A stretch of 60,846 nucleotides of DNA. Source: Bacteroidota bacterium (GTDB taxonomy: Bacteria > Bacteroidota > Bacteroidia > 2-12-FULL-35-15). Numbering within the stretch: the first letter of the stretch is position 1; each line of letters starts with the position of its first letter. The position numbers were made by a program, and so were the translations under genes. The notes beneath the pieces were generated by a model that did no database searches, was not told the DNA's origin, and saw only the letters and a list, made by a program, of their open reading frames with translations. Positions 27,135 to 37,812 of this stretch are shown in pieces. The stretch lies in NCBI GenBank assembly GCA_043742725.1, contig JAYTXX010000097.1, forward strand, positions 1-60,846, in the 5' to 3' direction.

Positions 27135-30062
27135 ATGAAAAAAATTAGATTCGTTTTATTCTTTTTAGTTGCAGTTGTTTTAGTAAGTTTTATTCCAAAA
27201 GAAAAAGGACAAAATCCTCCATTCTATACAAATGATACGCACTGGGCTGATTCGGTTTTTAAAACATTAACTCCTGACGAACGCATTGCGCAATTGTTTA
27301 TGGTAGCCGCTTATTCTAATAAAGATAAAGCGCACATGAAAGAAATAAAAAAATTAATTGATGATTACAAAATTGGTGGTTTAATATTTTTTCAAGGAGG
27401 ACCAATTCGACAAGCGTTACAAACAAACTGTTATCAGTGTTGTTCCAAAGTTCCTTTGTTTATTGCTATTGATGCTGAGTGGGGTTTGGCAATGCGATTG
27501 GATAGCACTACAAAATTTCCTCGTCAAATGACTTTGGGTGCTATTCAGAATGATAGTTTAATTTATCAAATGGGAGCTGAAATTGCCCGTCAATGCAAGC
27601 GATTGGGAATGCAAATAAATTTCGCACCTGTTGTAGATATCAATAACAATCCTTTAAATCCTGTCATTAGCAACCGTTCGTTTGGCGAAAACAAATACAA
27701 TGTTACTCGCAAAGCATTGATGTATATGAAAGGAATGCAAGACAATGGAGTGCTTGCCAATGCAAAACATTTTCCTGGACATGGCGATACGGATAGCGAT
27801 TCGCACAAAACATTGCCAACTGTAAAATCATCGCGCGAACGATTGGATACGCTTGAATTGTTTCCTTTCAAAGAATTAATTTCACAAGGTTTGGGAAGTA
27901 TGATGGTGGCGCATTTGAGTATTCCTGCTTTGGATACTACGCAAAATCAACCATCTACATTAACAAAAAAAATTGTAACAGGTTTACTAAAAGATACACT
28001 TGGTTTCAAAGGGCTTGTATTTACTGATGCTTTGAATATGAAAGGTGTTAGTAAATTTTACAAACCAGGTGAAGTTGATGCAAAAGCTTTAATTGCAGGA
28101 AATGATGTGTTGCTTTTTGCAGAAGATGTTCCAACGGGTATAAAAGAAATAAAAGCAGCAATTGAACGTGGTGAAATTTCGCAAGAAGAAATTGATAAAC
28201 GCTGTATGAAAATATTGTTGGCAAAGCAATGGGTTGGTTTAAATCACTATGAAAAAATTAAGTTGAAGAATTTAACTGCCGATTTGAATACGCCACAAGC
28301 AGAACTCATCAACAGAAAATTAACTGAAGCATCATTAACATTGTTGCAAAATAAAAACAAGATTATTCCACTTCAAAATTTAGAAAACCTAAAAATTGCT
28401 TCGCTTTCATTGGGCTACAAAGAATTGAATTTGTTTCAACAAACACTTTCTAATTATGCTCCTGTAAATCATTTTGGAATTGATAAAGAGGCAAAGCAAA
28501 TAGAGATAGATACTACACTAATGAAATTAAAAAATTACAATTTAGTAATTGTGCATTTGAATAATACCAATAATAAACCAGACAAAAATTTTGGTTTAAC
28601 AGTTCAACAAAAAACAATTTTAAATTCATTATTAAAACAAAACAAAGTAATTCTTAATATCTCTGCAAATCCTTATATACTTGCAAAAATAGATAGTTTG
28701 GATTTTGCAGATGCTGTTATCATGAGTTATGAGGATAATGATTATAGCCAAAGTTACGCAGCCCAATTGATTTTTGGAGGAGTAGCTGCAAGTGGTAAAT
28801 TACCTATCAATTCGGGTATTTATAAAATAGGAACAGGAATTAATACAAACACAATTCGTTTAAAATATACCATACCCGAAGAGCTTGGTGTGGATTCAAA
28901 AACATTTAATAAAATTGATAGCATAGCTTCAAAAGGCATTATTGACAAGGTTTATCCGGGTTGTCAAATTTTAATTGCAAAAAATGGAAAGGTGATTTAT
29001 CAAAAATCATTTGGTTATCACACTTATGATAAAAAAATAAAAGTAAAAAATGACGATTTGTATGACATTGCATCCATCACTAAAATAGCGGCTTCTACCA
29101 TTTCGTTGATGAAATTAGTAGATGAGAAAAAAATAAAGTTAGATGATACATTAGGTTATTATCTTCCGCAATTAAAAGAAAGCAACAAACAAAATATTGT
29201 GTTACGCGAGATGCTCACACATCAAGCTGGATTAAAGGACTGGATTCCTTTTTGGACAAAAACTGTAAATAAAGATGGAACATACAAAGAAGGAATTTAC
29301 AACACAACTCCAAATGAATTTTTTACAAAAAGAGTAGCCAATGATTTGTATATCAATAATAATTATGAAGACACAATTTACAAGCAAATAATTGAATCGC
29401 CAATTAAAGAAAAAGGAAAATATTTATACAGCGATTTGGGATATTATTTTTTGAAAAAAATTATTGAAAAGCAAACACAAGCGGCTTTAAACATTTATGT
29501 GCAAAATAAATTTTATACTCCGCTTGGCTTATCTACAATGGGTTACAAACCAATGGCTCGTTTTGATTTGGATAGAATTGTTCCTACAGAAATGGATAAA
29601 AAATTTAGAAAACAATTAATACATGGAGATGTACACGACCAAGGAGCGGCAATGCTGGGTGGTGTTGGCGGACATGCAGGCGTTTTTTCTGACGCTAATG
29701 ATTTGGCTGTTTTAATGCAACTTTTTCTAAATAAAGGAGAATATGGAGGTAAGCGTTATATTGATTCTGTAACTGTTTCGGAATTTACAAAATGCCAATA
29801 TTGCAAAGAAAATAGAAGAGCAATTGGTTTTGATAAACCGGAAACAAATCCGGATAAAGATAGTCCAGTGTGTAGTTGTGTTTCGTATATGAGCTTTGGG
29901 CATGCTGGTTTTACAGGTACTTTAGCTTGGGCTGACCCAGCAAATCAATTGGTGTATATATTTTTATCAAATCGCGTGAATCCTTCTGCTGATGAAAACA
30001 AACTTGCAAAATCTGGCATCAGAACAAAAATTCAAGAAATTATTTATGATGCGGTGAAGTAA
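27135..30062 (+). CDS. GH3 beta-N-acetylhexosaminidase (NagZ-like) fused to a class-C beta-lactamase-like serine hydrolase
   Basis: Start taken at the ATG at 27135. GH3 signature KHFPGHGDTDSDSHKTLP. C-terminal SxxK box (ASITKIAAS) and GHAGFTGT. Confidence 0.8.
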   Translation: MKKIRFVLFFLVAVVLVSFIPKEKGQNPPFYTNDTHWADSVFKTLTPDERIAQLFMVAAYSNKDKAHMKEIKKLIDDYKIGGLIFFQGGPIRQALQTNCYQCCSKVPLFIAIDAEWGLAMRLDSTTKFPRQMTLGAIQNDSLIYQMGAEIARQCKRLGMQINFAPVVDINNNPLNPVISNRSFGENKYNVTRKALMYMKGMQDNGVLANAKHFPGHGDTDSDSHKTLPTVKSSRERLDTLELFPFKELISQGLGSMMVAHLSIPALDTTQNQPSTLTKKIVTGLLKDTLGFKGLVFTDALNMKGVSKFYKPGEVDAKALIAGNDVLLFAEDVPTGIKEIKAAIERGEISQEEIDKRCMKILLAKQWVGLNHYEKIKLKNLTADLNTPQAELINRKLTEASLTLLQNKNKIIPLQNLENLKIASLSLGYKELNLFQQTLSNYAPVNHFGIDKEAKQIEIDTTLMKLKNYNLVIVHLNNTNNKPDKNFGLTVQQKTILNSLLKQNKVILNISANPYILAKIDSLDFADAVIMSYEDNDYSQSYAAQLIFGGVAASGKLPINSGIYKIGTGINTNTIRLKYTIPEELGVDSKTFNKIDSIASKGIIDKVYPGCQILIAKNGKVIYQKSFGYHTYDKKIKVKNDDLYDIASITKIAASTISLMKLVDEKKIKLDDTLGYYLPQLKESNKQNIVLREMLTHQAGLKDWIPFWTKTVNKDGTYKEGIYNTTPNEFFTKRVANDLYINNNYEDTIYKQIIESPIKEKGKYLYSDLGYYFLKKIIEKQTQAALNIYVQNKFYTPLGLSTMGYKPMARFDLDRIVPTEMDKKFRKQLIHGDVHDQGAAMLGGVGGHAGVFSDANDLAVLMQLFLNKGEYGGKRYIDSVTVSEFTKCQYCKENRRAIGFDKPETNPDKDSPVCSCVSYMSFGHAGFTGTLAWADPANQLVYIFLSNRVNPSADENKLAKSGIRTKIQEIIYDAVK

Positions 30063-30111
30063 TTTTCATCATTAGTTTATTCGTAAATTCGTAAAAAATT
30101 AATTCATAAAA

Positions 30112-31257
30112 ATGAAAATAGGAATAGTTTGTTATCCCACATTTGGTGGGAGTGGAGTAGTGGCAACAGAGCTTGGAAAAGCACTTGCCGAAAAAGGACA
30201 TCAAGTACATTTTATCACATATAGTCAGCCTGTTCGTTTAGATTTTTTTTCTGAAAATTTATTTTATCACGAAGTTGCTGTTTCCGATTATCCATTGTTT
30301 GAATACCAGCCTTATGAATTGGTGCTTTCGAGCAAATTAGTAGATGTGGTGAAATACGAAAAATTAGATTTGTTGCATGTGCATTATGCAATACCGCATG
30401 CATCGGCAGCCTACATGGCAAAACAAATTTTGGCATCACAAGGAATCAATATTCCTTTTATCACAACGCTGCACGGAACGGATATTACACTTGTTGGAAA
30501 AGACCCTTCGTTTGAACCGGTGATTACTTTTGCAATCAATCAAAGTGATGCGGTTACTGCTGTTTCTGAGAGTTTGAAAGCAGATACGTTTATAAATTTT
30601 CCACATGTAAAAAATGAAATTAAAGTAATTCCCAATTTTATTTGTTTAGATGAATTTGAGTTTGAAAATGTGAAGTGTCATAAAAAAATGTATGCGCCAA
30701 ACAACGAACGATTATTAATTCATGTTTCAAATTTTAGAAAAGTAAAACGTGTGGAAGATGTGTTGCGTGTGTTTGATAAAGTGAGAAAAGAAATGCCAGC
30801 AAAATTAATTTTAGTTGGCGATGGTCCCGAAAGAGCCAATATTGAAAAGCTTTGCAGAGAATTGAATACTTGCGATGATATAAAATCAGTAGGTAAAATT
30901 GTAAACCCAGAACAAATATTATCTATTGCCGATTTATTTTTATTGACCTCTGAAACTGAAAGTTTTGGTTTAGCAGCATTAGAAGCAATGGCAGCTAAAG
31001 TTCCAGTAATTTCAACTAATTCGGGAGGTTTGCCTGAAGTAGTAAAACATGGATTTAGTGGTTATATGAGCAATGTTGGCGATGTGGATGATATGGCAAA
31101 AAATGCAATTCAAATATTAAAAGATGATACCACTCTAAATACCTTTAAGAATAATGCTTATGAGCAAGCAAAAAAATTTGATATTGCTAAAATATTACCG
31201 ATGTATGAAAATTTATACAGAGAAGTGTTAGAGAAAAACAAAGTACTAGTAAAATAA
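30112..31257 (+). CDS. bshA: N-acetyl-alpha-D-glucosaminyl L-malate synthase (bacillithiol biosynthesis GT4)
   Basis: 381 aa. N-terminus MKIGIVCYPTFGGSGVVATELGKALAEKGHQVHFITY is characteristic of BshA. C-terminal GT4 E(x7)E region (ESFGLAALEAMA). Confidence 0.7.
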   Translation: MKIGIVCYPTFGGSGVVATELGKALAEKGHQVHFITYSQPVRLDFFSENLFYHEVAVSDYPLFEYQPYELVLSSKLVDVVKYEKLDLLHVHYAIPHASAAYMAKQILASQGINIPFITTLHGTDITLVGKDPSFEPVITFAINQSDAVTAVSESLKADTFINFPHVKNEIKVIPNFICLDEFEFENVKCHKKMYAPNNERLLIHVSNFRKVKRVEDVLRVFDKVRKEMPAKLILVGDGPERANIEKLCRELNTCDDIKSVGKIVNPEQILSIADLFLLTSETESFGLAALEAMAAKVPVISTNSGGLPEVVKHGFSGYMSNVGDVDDMAKNAIQILKDDTTLNTFKNNAYEQAKKFDIAKILPMYENLYREVLEKNKVLVK

Positions 31258-31271
31258 TTTATGGAATTTTT

Positions 31272-31610
31272 TTATCCTCCAGCTTTTTTTGCTTTATAAT
31301 TAGCGTCAATAAGTAGTTTTATAACTTTATCACGATGGTCGCCTTGCAAAAGAATTTCATCATTTTTTACGCTTCCTCCAACACCGCATTTTTGTTTCAA
31401 TGTTTTTCCTAAAGTTTGCAAATCATTATCGTTACCAATAAAACCATTGATGCGTGTAACTAATTTTCCTCCACCAATTCTATCCAAAAATAGTTTTAAA
31501 TTTTGTTGTTGAGGTGGAAGCGAAGTAGTTTGTTTTTCGCTATTATTTTCAAATTGAAAATTTTTGTTTGTTGAAAATACAAATCCTCCTGAATTATTTT
31601 TTTTAGACAT
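31272..31610 (-). CDS. SUI1/YciH-family translation initiation factor
   Basis: 112 aa. ...GGGKLVTRINGF...LKQKCGVGGSVKNDEILLQGDHRDKVIKLL matches the SUI1 fold pattern. Confidence 0.8.
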   Translation of the reverse strand: MSKKNNSGGFVFSTNKNFQFENNSEKQTTSLPPQQQNLKLFLDRIGGGKLVTRINGFIGNDNDLQTLGKTLKQKCGVGGSVKNDEILLQGDHRDKVIKLLIDANYKAKKAGG

Positions 31611-31625
31611 ATTTTGAAAAATAGT

Positions 31626-34088
31626 TTATGCTTCAATTATTTTTTTCTTTCTGCTTCTCCATATTAAAAAACCATAAATGGCAAGTGCAACAAGAGAAAC
31701 TATTAATCCTTTTTTCATATAACGTGGAGCAAATTCTAATTCAATTTTATGTTTTCCTTTATCCAAAATTAGTCCCGACATTCCTGCATCAATTATTTTT
31801 ATTTCCTGTTCTACATCATCCACTTTTGCTTTCCAGCCTTTGTCGAAAGGGATAGAGAGAAATAATAATTTTTTCTTTTTGAGTTCAATTGTTGCTTTAA
31901 AAAAAGTTTGCCCTCTATCTTCAATCGTTAATGTATCTACTTTTAACTGATTTAATTGATTTTTATATTCGTCCCAAGTGTAGGATGCCAAAGGAATTGT
32001 GTCGCTCACACCAAGTTTATTTATTCCAGTAAAATCATTTTTATTTTCATCTTCCACAAAACACATTTTTAGCATTGTAAATTGTCGTTGCCCCATTGAA
32101 AGTTTTTCAAATTCGGAATGTGTAAAATAATTTTCATACGTGAATCCAAACGGCAAATAATATTTACTTTGATACATTACTACATCTCCCACAGTTCCTA
32201 TTGAATCGTGCGATATTTTTAATCCTGGATTATTTTCCGATTTTTTATTGATATAATATTTTACATTTCCAATACTTTCTAAAATTGGTTTTCCATTTAG
32301 TCCTTGTGCCCAACGGGAATCTGTTTCTACTTCTTTACGAACGATTCCAAACGCTTGTAAAAAATAAATAAAATGCTCTTGATTAAAAGGGTTGTAGGAT
32401 GTTGTGCCATAATAATCTTGCGCCAAACCATCATTTTTACTGGCGTGTATCGCTGGTCCCGATGAATAACTTTTATCTATTCTGAAAAAACTCTTGTCCC
32501 GTTTTTTCAAAAAATCTGCAGCTTCATTTGTGTAATCGTTGTAACCAACTTTTTCGTTTAACTCTCTTGTACTCACTATAGAACGCCTATTAACAGTGAA
32601 ATTTGACATATATGCAAGTTCTATACAAACGGCAAGTAGCAAAAATAGTTGAGCGAACCCTTTTATTTTTTTTACACTCAAAGCATAAATAAGTAAGCTA
32701 TAAACTATGATGATGATTTTTATAAATCCCAAAATTCCTTTATCCAAAGGGCTTACGTGCGCAGGAAAATATGGATATAATATTAAAACGTATAAAACAA
32801 TAGTTGTTCCAATAAGAACGGGCAAATTTATTTTATTGAAATTTTCAATACTACTCAATGCTTTTACGGTTAGTAAAATAAAGGTGAGCGAAATGAAAAA
32901 AGAAAATGTTCTGTAATAATCTCCTGTAAAAAGCCAAAATGCATATCTGAAATAAGGAAAGATTACTGGCAAAATCCACACGGCAATAAATAAGCTGTAA
33001 ACAATTTTTTGGCGTTTCGTAAAAAATGGAAATGCTTGTGGAAGTACTACCAAACAAAGGATTCCGCAATAAATAATTGGAGATTCTAAGTAATTGTGCC
33101 ATCCTTGATAATTAATTCCACTTCCAAGAATATCATCCGAAAACATTCTAAAAACAAAACTAATGTTGTGAAAATAATCACTAATGGCAAACATTGGTGC
33201 TGATGAAAACTGGTTTACGAGCGAGTTTCCACCACTTCCTCTTGGACTTTCTATTAATTGCAATACATTTTCAAACAGGAAAAATGAGGAGATTGCAACT
33301 CCAATTAATCCATACAAAATCATTTTTCCGAACAAGCCCAAAAACTCTTTTAACTCAAATTTTTTATCTGTTTCAAAAAATCGTAAGCAAGCATAAACGC
33401 AAAGAAACAATCCATAAACATATAAATTGAAAGGCATTGACAAGCCAATGGCAGCAATAGCAAGCGGAAATAAATACCAAGAATTTTGTTTGTACAATTT
33501 TTCAAAAGCTAATAAAAGTAATGCCGCCATTACTGCTTCGGATGAAAAAATATACCATCCTCCGCCTAATATCATAAAGCCTGTGAATGAATATAGAAGT
33601 GCACCAACAATGCAAGAGAATTTTTTTATTTCAAGTGTGCGTAAGTAAAAGAAAAAAATAATTCCGCCTAAAATAACTTTCAAAAATTCAACATAACCAA
33701 TTCCGTAAGCAACATTTGCTTTGCCAATTATGTAAAGAATTAAATCGAATGGATCGCGAAGAAAAAACGGAAACATATTTTGTCCCATTCCATAATTGAA
33801 TGACCAAGATGGAATTCCAACTGCTCTTATATAATCTGCAAGATGCACTATTGGTGGATAAGAAGCGTTTACCGAATCACTTCCTATATCTTTATACATC
33901 ATTGCTTTTTTGAATAATAGAAAATCTCTGAAAACAAAAAATGCAACTGCCGATATTAGTAAAAGTGCAATATAAAATTCCTTTCCTTTCAAAAAATCAA
34001 ACAAATTATTTTCTTCTTTTGGAAGTGTTTTTGAAACAGGAATTTCTTCAATTTCTCTGTTTTTATTTTTTTGTTTTTTTCTGCTCAT
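31626..34088 (-). CDS. YfhO-like polytopic membrane protein (putative GT-C type extracytoplasmic glycosyltransferase)
   Basis: 820 aa with more than 12 TM segments, then a soluble domain of about 270 aa and a final TM. The N-terminal region (DIGSDSVNASYPPIVHLADYIRAVGIPSWSFNYGMGQNMFP) resembles the YfhO family. Confidence 0.55.
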   Translation of the reverse strand: MSRKKQKNKNREIEEIPVSKTLPKEENNLFDFLKGKEFYIALLLISAVAFFVFRDFLLFKKAMMYKDIGSDSVNASYPPIVHLADYIRAVGIPSWSFNYGMGQNMFPFFLRDPFDLILYIIGKANVAYGIGYVEFLKVILGGIIFFFYLRTLEIKKFSCIVGALLYSFTGFMILGGGWYIFSSEAVMAALLLLAFEKLYKQNSWYLFPLAIAAIGLSMPFNLYVYGLFLCVYACLRFFETDKKFELKEFLGLFGKMILYGLIGVAISSFFLFENVLQLIESPRGSGGNSLVNQFSSAPMFAISDYFHNISFVFRMFSDDILGSGINYQGWHNYLESPIIYCGILCLVVLPQAFPFFTKRQKIVYSLFIAVWILPVIFPYFRYAFWLFTGDYYRTFSFFISLTFILLTVKALSSIENFNKINLPVLIGTTIVLYVLILYPYFPAHVSPLDKGILGFIKIIIIVYSLLIYALSVKKIKGFAQLFLLLAVCIELAYMSNFTVNRRSIVSTRELNEKVGYNDYTNEAADFLKKRDKSFFRIDKSYSSGPAIHASKNDGLAQDYYGTTSYNPFNQEHFIYFLQAFGIVRKEVETDSRWAQGLNGKPILESIGNVKYYINKKSENNPGLKISHDSIGTVGDVVMYQSKYYLPFGFTYENYFTHSEFEKLSMGQRQFTMLKMCFVEDENKNDFTGINKLGVSDTIPLASYTWDEYKNQLNQLKVDTLTIEDRGQTFFKATIELKKKKLLFLSIPFDKGWKAKVDDVEQEIKIIDAGMSGLILDKGKHKIELEFAPRYMKKGLIVSLVALAIYGFLIWRSRKKKIIEA

Positions 34089-34103
34089 ATTCTTTTTAAA
34101 TGA

Positions 34104-35045
34104 TTAATCTTTAAAATTAATTCTTTCCTTTTCCGTTACCAATGGGCGTTTTAAAACTTGTGTATGTATTGAACCAATATATTCCCCAATGATTCCAATA
34201 AAAAATAATTGAATGGAAGCAAAGAAAAACAAGCCAATAACCAATGGTGCAAGTCCAACGGTAAACTCATTCCAAAAAACAAGTTTGTAAATAAAATAAA
34301 TAAGTGCAACTAAAAAACTAATGATTGCCATTAAAAAACCAATCATAGTTGCAAGACGCAATGGAACCTTTGAATGATTTGTAATTCCAAGTATTGCAAT
34401 ATCATAAAGTGTGTAAAAATTATTTTTTGTAATGCCTCTTTTTCGTGCTGGTTGTGTGTAAGATATTCTATAAATATCAAATCCAATATCGCAAATTAAT
34501 CCTCTGAAATAAGGATATGGGTCATCAATTTTTTTCAAAATATCAATTACTATTTTATCGTATAACCCAAATCCAGTATAGTTTTTAATCAATTCTGTTT
34601 CCGAAAGCTTATTGATAATGTTATAATAAATTTTTCTAACTCTAAACATCACAGCCGATTCTTCGCTTTGATTCTTCACACCAATCACAATCTTAAATCC
34701 TTCTTCCCATTTTGCAATAAAATCTTTAATCAACATTGGTGGATCTTGTAAATCTGCAACAATCAAAATTGTTGCATCTCCACTTGACTGGAGTAAAGCA
34801 TGATAGGGAGACCGAATGTGACCAAAGTTTCTTGCATTCACAATTATTTTCACGTTCGTATCTTTTTCTGCAATCATTTTTAATAATTCAACAGTTTTAT
34901 CCGTTGAATGATTGTCAATAAAAATATGTTCGTAATCATAGTTTTGCAATTCATCAAAAACATTTTTTACTTGTGTGTAAATAGCTTCAATGTTCAACTC
35001 TTCGTTGTAACAAGGGGTAACAATACTTATTAATTTTTTTGTCAT
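34104..35045 (-). CDS. GT2 polyprenyl-phosphate glycosyltransferase (GtrB/CsbB/ArnC-like)
   Basis: 313 aa. SIVTPCYNEE, IFIDNHSTD and VADLQDPP motifs, plus two C-terminal TM helices, as in GtrB/ArnC-type enzymes. Confidence 0.8.
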   Translation of the reverse strand: MTKKLISIVTPCYNEELNIEAIYTQVKNVFDELQNYDYEHIFIDNHSTDKTVELLKMIAEKDTNVKIIVNARNFGHIRSPYHALLQSSGDATILIVADLQDPPMLIKDFIAKWEEGFKIVIGVKNQSEESAVMFRVRKIYYNIINKLSETELIKNYTGFGLYDKIVIDILKKIDDPYPYFRGLICDIGFDIYRISYTQPARKRGITKNNFYTLYDIAILGITNHSKVPLRLATMIGFLMAIISFLVALIYFIYKLVFWNEFTVGLAPLVIGLFFFASIQLFFIGIIGEYIGSIHTQVLKRPLVTEKERINFKD

Positions 35046-35061
35046 CTCTTTATTTTTAAAA

Positions 35062-36780
35062 TTAAGTTCCTTCCATATCCAAAGGTTTAAATAATGGCTC
35101 CATCTCTGTTAATGGTTTTCCAAAAGCTATTTTAGGATAAGCATTTGCATAGGAATCAATCATTACTTGTAATAAATAGGGTTCATCATTTTCCCACATT
35201 TTTTTTAATTCTGTTTCAATATCTTTTTCTTCAACAAGTGTACTTGCCTTTATTCCATAGGCATTTGCCACTTTTTCAAAATCGGGTGGAGAGTAACCCC
35301 AGAATGTTGATTGATAACGTGAGTTGAAATAACTGTCTTGAAATTGACGAATCATTCCAAGATTTTTATTGTTCAACACCACCATTTTTATTGGAAGTTT
35401 ATTTCTTACAATCGTTTGTAACTCTTGTATATTTAACTGAAAGCCACCATCGCCAGCAATTACAACATTTGGTTGTTCATTTGCAAAACAGGCGCCAATT
35501 GCGGCAGGAAGCGCATAGCCCATTGCACCCATTCCACCCGAAGTAAGAAACAATTGTTTTTCGTTAAGTTCTAATGATTGTGCCGCCCACATTTGATGGC
35601 TTCCAACATCTGCAATAAATGCAGAAGATTTTTGTGAGTGTTGCGAAAGCTTATGAATAAAGACATTTGGATTAATACCTTTAACATCATTCAACTCTTT
35701 CAAATCACTATTTTCATTTTTTAATTTTTTAATTTCATCTAACCAATTTTGTTTTAATTCATATTTTGTGTTGCGAAATTTTTCTAAAAACGAATTGAAA
35801 AATAAATTCAAATCGGCATTTACACCAATTGTATTTTTTAAACGATTATTAATTTCTGCATCCTCACAATCAACTTGAACGATTGTTCTATTTGCTTCAA
35901 AAAATGCAACATCTGCGCCTGTTTGGCGAATATCTAATCTGCTTCCTAAAACAATAATTAAATCCGATTGACCAATTGCAATGTTTGTCCAACGATTTCC
36001 ATAACTTCCCAAAAACCCTACTCTCAAAGGGTTTTTATAATCAATACAATCTAAACCCAATAGTGAAGTTGCCACCGGAATTTTGGTTAATTCAAAAAAT
36101 TCTTTAAATAAATGAAATGTGTTCGATGCTCTAATTCCTCTTCCAGCAATAATAAGTGGCTTCTTTGAATTTAAAATTTTGCTTGAAATAGTTTCTAATA
36201 AATCTGAAAAAATAAAATCATTTGAAGCAGATTTTGTTTCAATTATTTTTTTAGAAATTTTAATATCATCTCTTTGAATATTCATTGGAATATCTATCAA
36301 CACTGGACCAGGGCGACCACTCGTTGCAATTTTATATGCTTCTTCCAGAATAGCAGGAAGGTCTTGTGCGTTTTTTACATCGTAACAAATTTTTGTAACA
36401 GGTTTCGCCATTGAAACAATATCTGTTTCCTGAAAGCCAAGTTGTCTGATTTTTCTATCACCTTTTTGTTCATGAATATTTACTTGTCCTGTAATAAAAA
36501 TAGCAGGAACGGAATCAAAATAACAAGAACCAATTCCTGTCAATAAGTTAGTTGCACCTGGACCGCTTGTTGCTAAAGCTACGCCTGGTTTGTTTTTCAC
36601 ACGTGCAAATCCATCTGCAGCAAATGATGCACCTTGTTCGTGATGCATAGTTACAATGTTTATTCCTTTTATTTCGTATAGTGAATCAAGAATGTGTGTT
36701 ATCATTCCACCTGAAAGCTCAAATACACAATCAATTCCCTTGTCTTTTAAAAATTTAGCGATGTAATCACTTGCTTTCAT
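35062..36780 (-). CDS. Thiamine-diphosphate-dependent enzyme, acetolactate-synthase-large-subunit-like (YerE-like candidate)
   Basis: Start moved to M17 (36780; MKASDYIAKFLKDKGIDCVFELSGG), giving a 14-nt overlap with the upstream gene. TPP-binding motif GDGGFQLNIQELQT...VVLNN. Confidence 0.8.
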   Translation of the reverse strand: MKASDYIAKFLKDKGIDCVFELSGGMITHILDSLYEIKGINIVTMHHEQGASFAADGFARVKNKPGVALATSGPGATNLLTGIGSCYFDSVPAIFITGQVNIHEQKGDRKIRQLGFQETDIVSMAKPVTKICYDVKNAQDLPAILEEAYKIATSGRPGPVLIDIPMNIQRDDIKISKKIIETKSASNDFIFSDLLETISSKILNSKKPLIIAGRGIRASNTFHLFKEFFELTKIPVATSLLGLDCIDYKNPLRVGFLGSYGNRWTNIAIGQSDLIIVLGSRLDIRQTGADVAFFEANRTIVQVDCEDAEINNRLKNTIGVNADLNLFFNSFLEKFRNTKYELKQNWLDEIKKLKNENSDLKELNDVKGINPNVFIHKLSQHSQKSSAFIADVGSHQMWAAQSLELNEKQLFLTSGGMGAMGYALPAAIGACFANEQPNVVIAGDGGFQLNIQELQTIVRNKLPIKMVVLNNKNLGMIRQFQDSYFNSRYQSTFWGYSPPDFEKVANAYGIKASTLVEEKDIETELKKMWENDEPYLLQVMIDSYANAYPKIAFGKPLTEMEPLFKPLDMEGT

Positions 36781-37810
36781 TTTTGTAATAATTAAATGTT
36801 TTTTGCAATGCTTCTTTTTGAGAAACAAATTGTTGTAATCCCAACTCCTTTACTGCTCTTTGATTTGAAGACACATATCTTTCAGCAGAAATATTTTTTT
36901 TCTTTTGAGCAATCTTAATTTTCATTTTTTTATTTGTAAAAGATGAAATTATTTTTGCTACACTTTCAATGTTAATAGCCTCTTCCGAACCAACATTATA
37001 TGGTCTGCAAGCTGTTGCTTTAAATAAAATTGTCCACAACCAAATGCACAAATCCGAAGTGTACATATAGGAACGATAGGTTGTTCCATCTCCTTGAATT
37101 TTTATTGTATTTGTTTCCAAACAATTTTTTATAAAATTTCCAATGGCAAAATGACCATCTAAAGGCAAATACGGGCCAGTAAAAGCAAAGCATCTAGCAA
37201 TTTTTGATTGCACGTTGTATTGGTTTAAATAAAAATTACACAGCATTTCCGCAACACGTTTTCCTTCGCCATAAGCTGCATTTTTAGAATAAATATCTGG
37301 GCAACCAGCAAATTCTTCTTTGATATGCGAAAGCTCCGAAGGTTGCTTTCCATATACTGCTCCAGAGCTTGTATGTAAAATTGCTTTTACATTTTTTTTG
37401 CGTGAAAATTCTAATATTTTTTTTGTTCCTTCTACAATTGTATCATACATTAAAATAGGTTCTTCCACATTTAATTTTACACTTGATTCATTTGCAGCGT
37501 GAATGATAAAATCAATTTTTTCTTTTGGAAAAATAAATGTTCGAATGTCTCCTTTTAAAAATCTAACAGATGTATTTTTAAATTGTGGATATTCTTTCAA
37601 AAACCTATCAGGATTGCGACTCAACACAATTATTTTTCCATCAAGTTTCATTTTTTCGTTGATGTAAATAAATGTTTCGAGTAACCATTTTCCGAAAAAT
37701 CCAGTTCCTCCTGTAATAAAAATTGTTGAGCCTTTCGGAAAATATTCTTTCCACAAATTGCTCGTGTGCTTATATACGTGTTCTAAATCTTCTGTTGAAA
37801 TCGGCTTCAA
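36767..37810 (-). CDS. NAD(P)-dependent epimerase/dehydratase-family SDR (sugar-nucleotide reductase/epimerase)
   Basis: 347 aa. Rossmann motif ITGGTGFFGKWL and catalytic YxxxK (AYGEGKRVAE). Confidence 0.8.
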   Translation of the reverse strand: MKPISTEDLEHVYKHTSNLWKEYFPKGSTIFITGGTGFFGKWLLETFIYINEKMKLDGKIIVLSRNPDRFLKEYPQFKNTSVRFLKGDIRTFIFPKEKIDFIIHAANESSVKLNVEEPILMYDTIVEGTKKILEFSRKKNVKAILHTSSGAVYGKQPSELSHIKEEFAGCPDIYSKNAAYGEGKRVAEMLCNFYLNQYNVQSKIARCFAFTGPYLPLDGHFAIGNFIKNCLETNTIKIQGDGTTYRSYMYTSDLCIWLWTILFKATACRPYNVGSEEAINIESVAKIISSFTNKKMKIKIAQKKKNISAERYVSSNQRAVKELGLQQFVSQKEALQKTFNYYKNESK

Positions 37811-37812
37811 TT

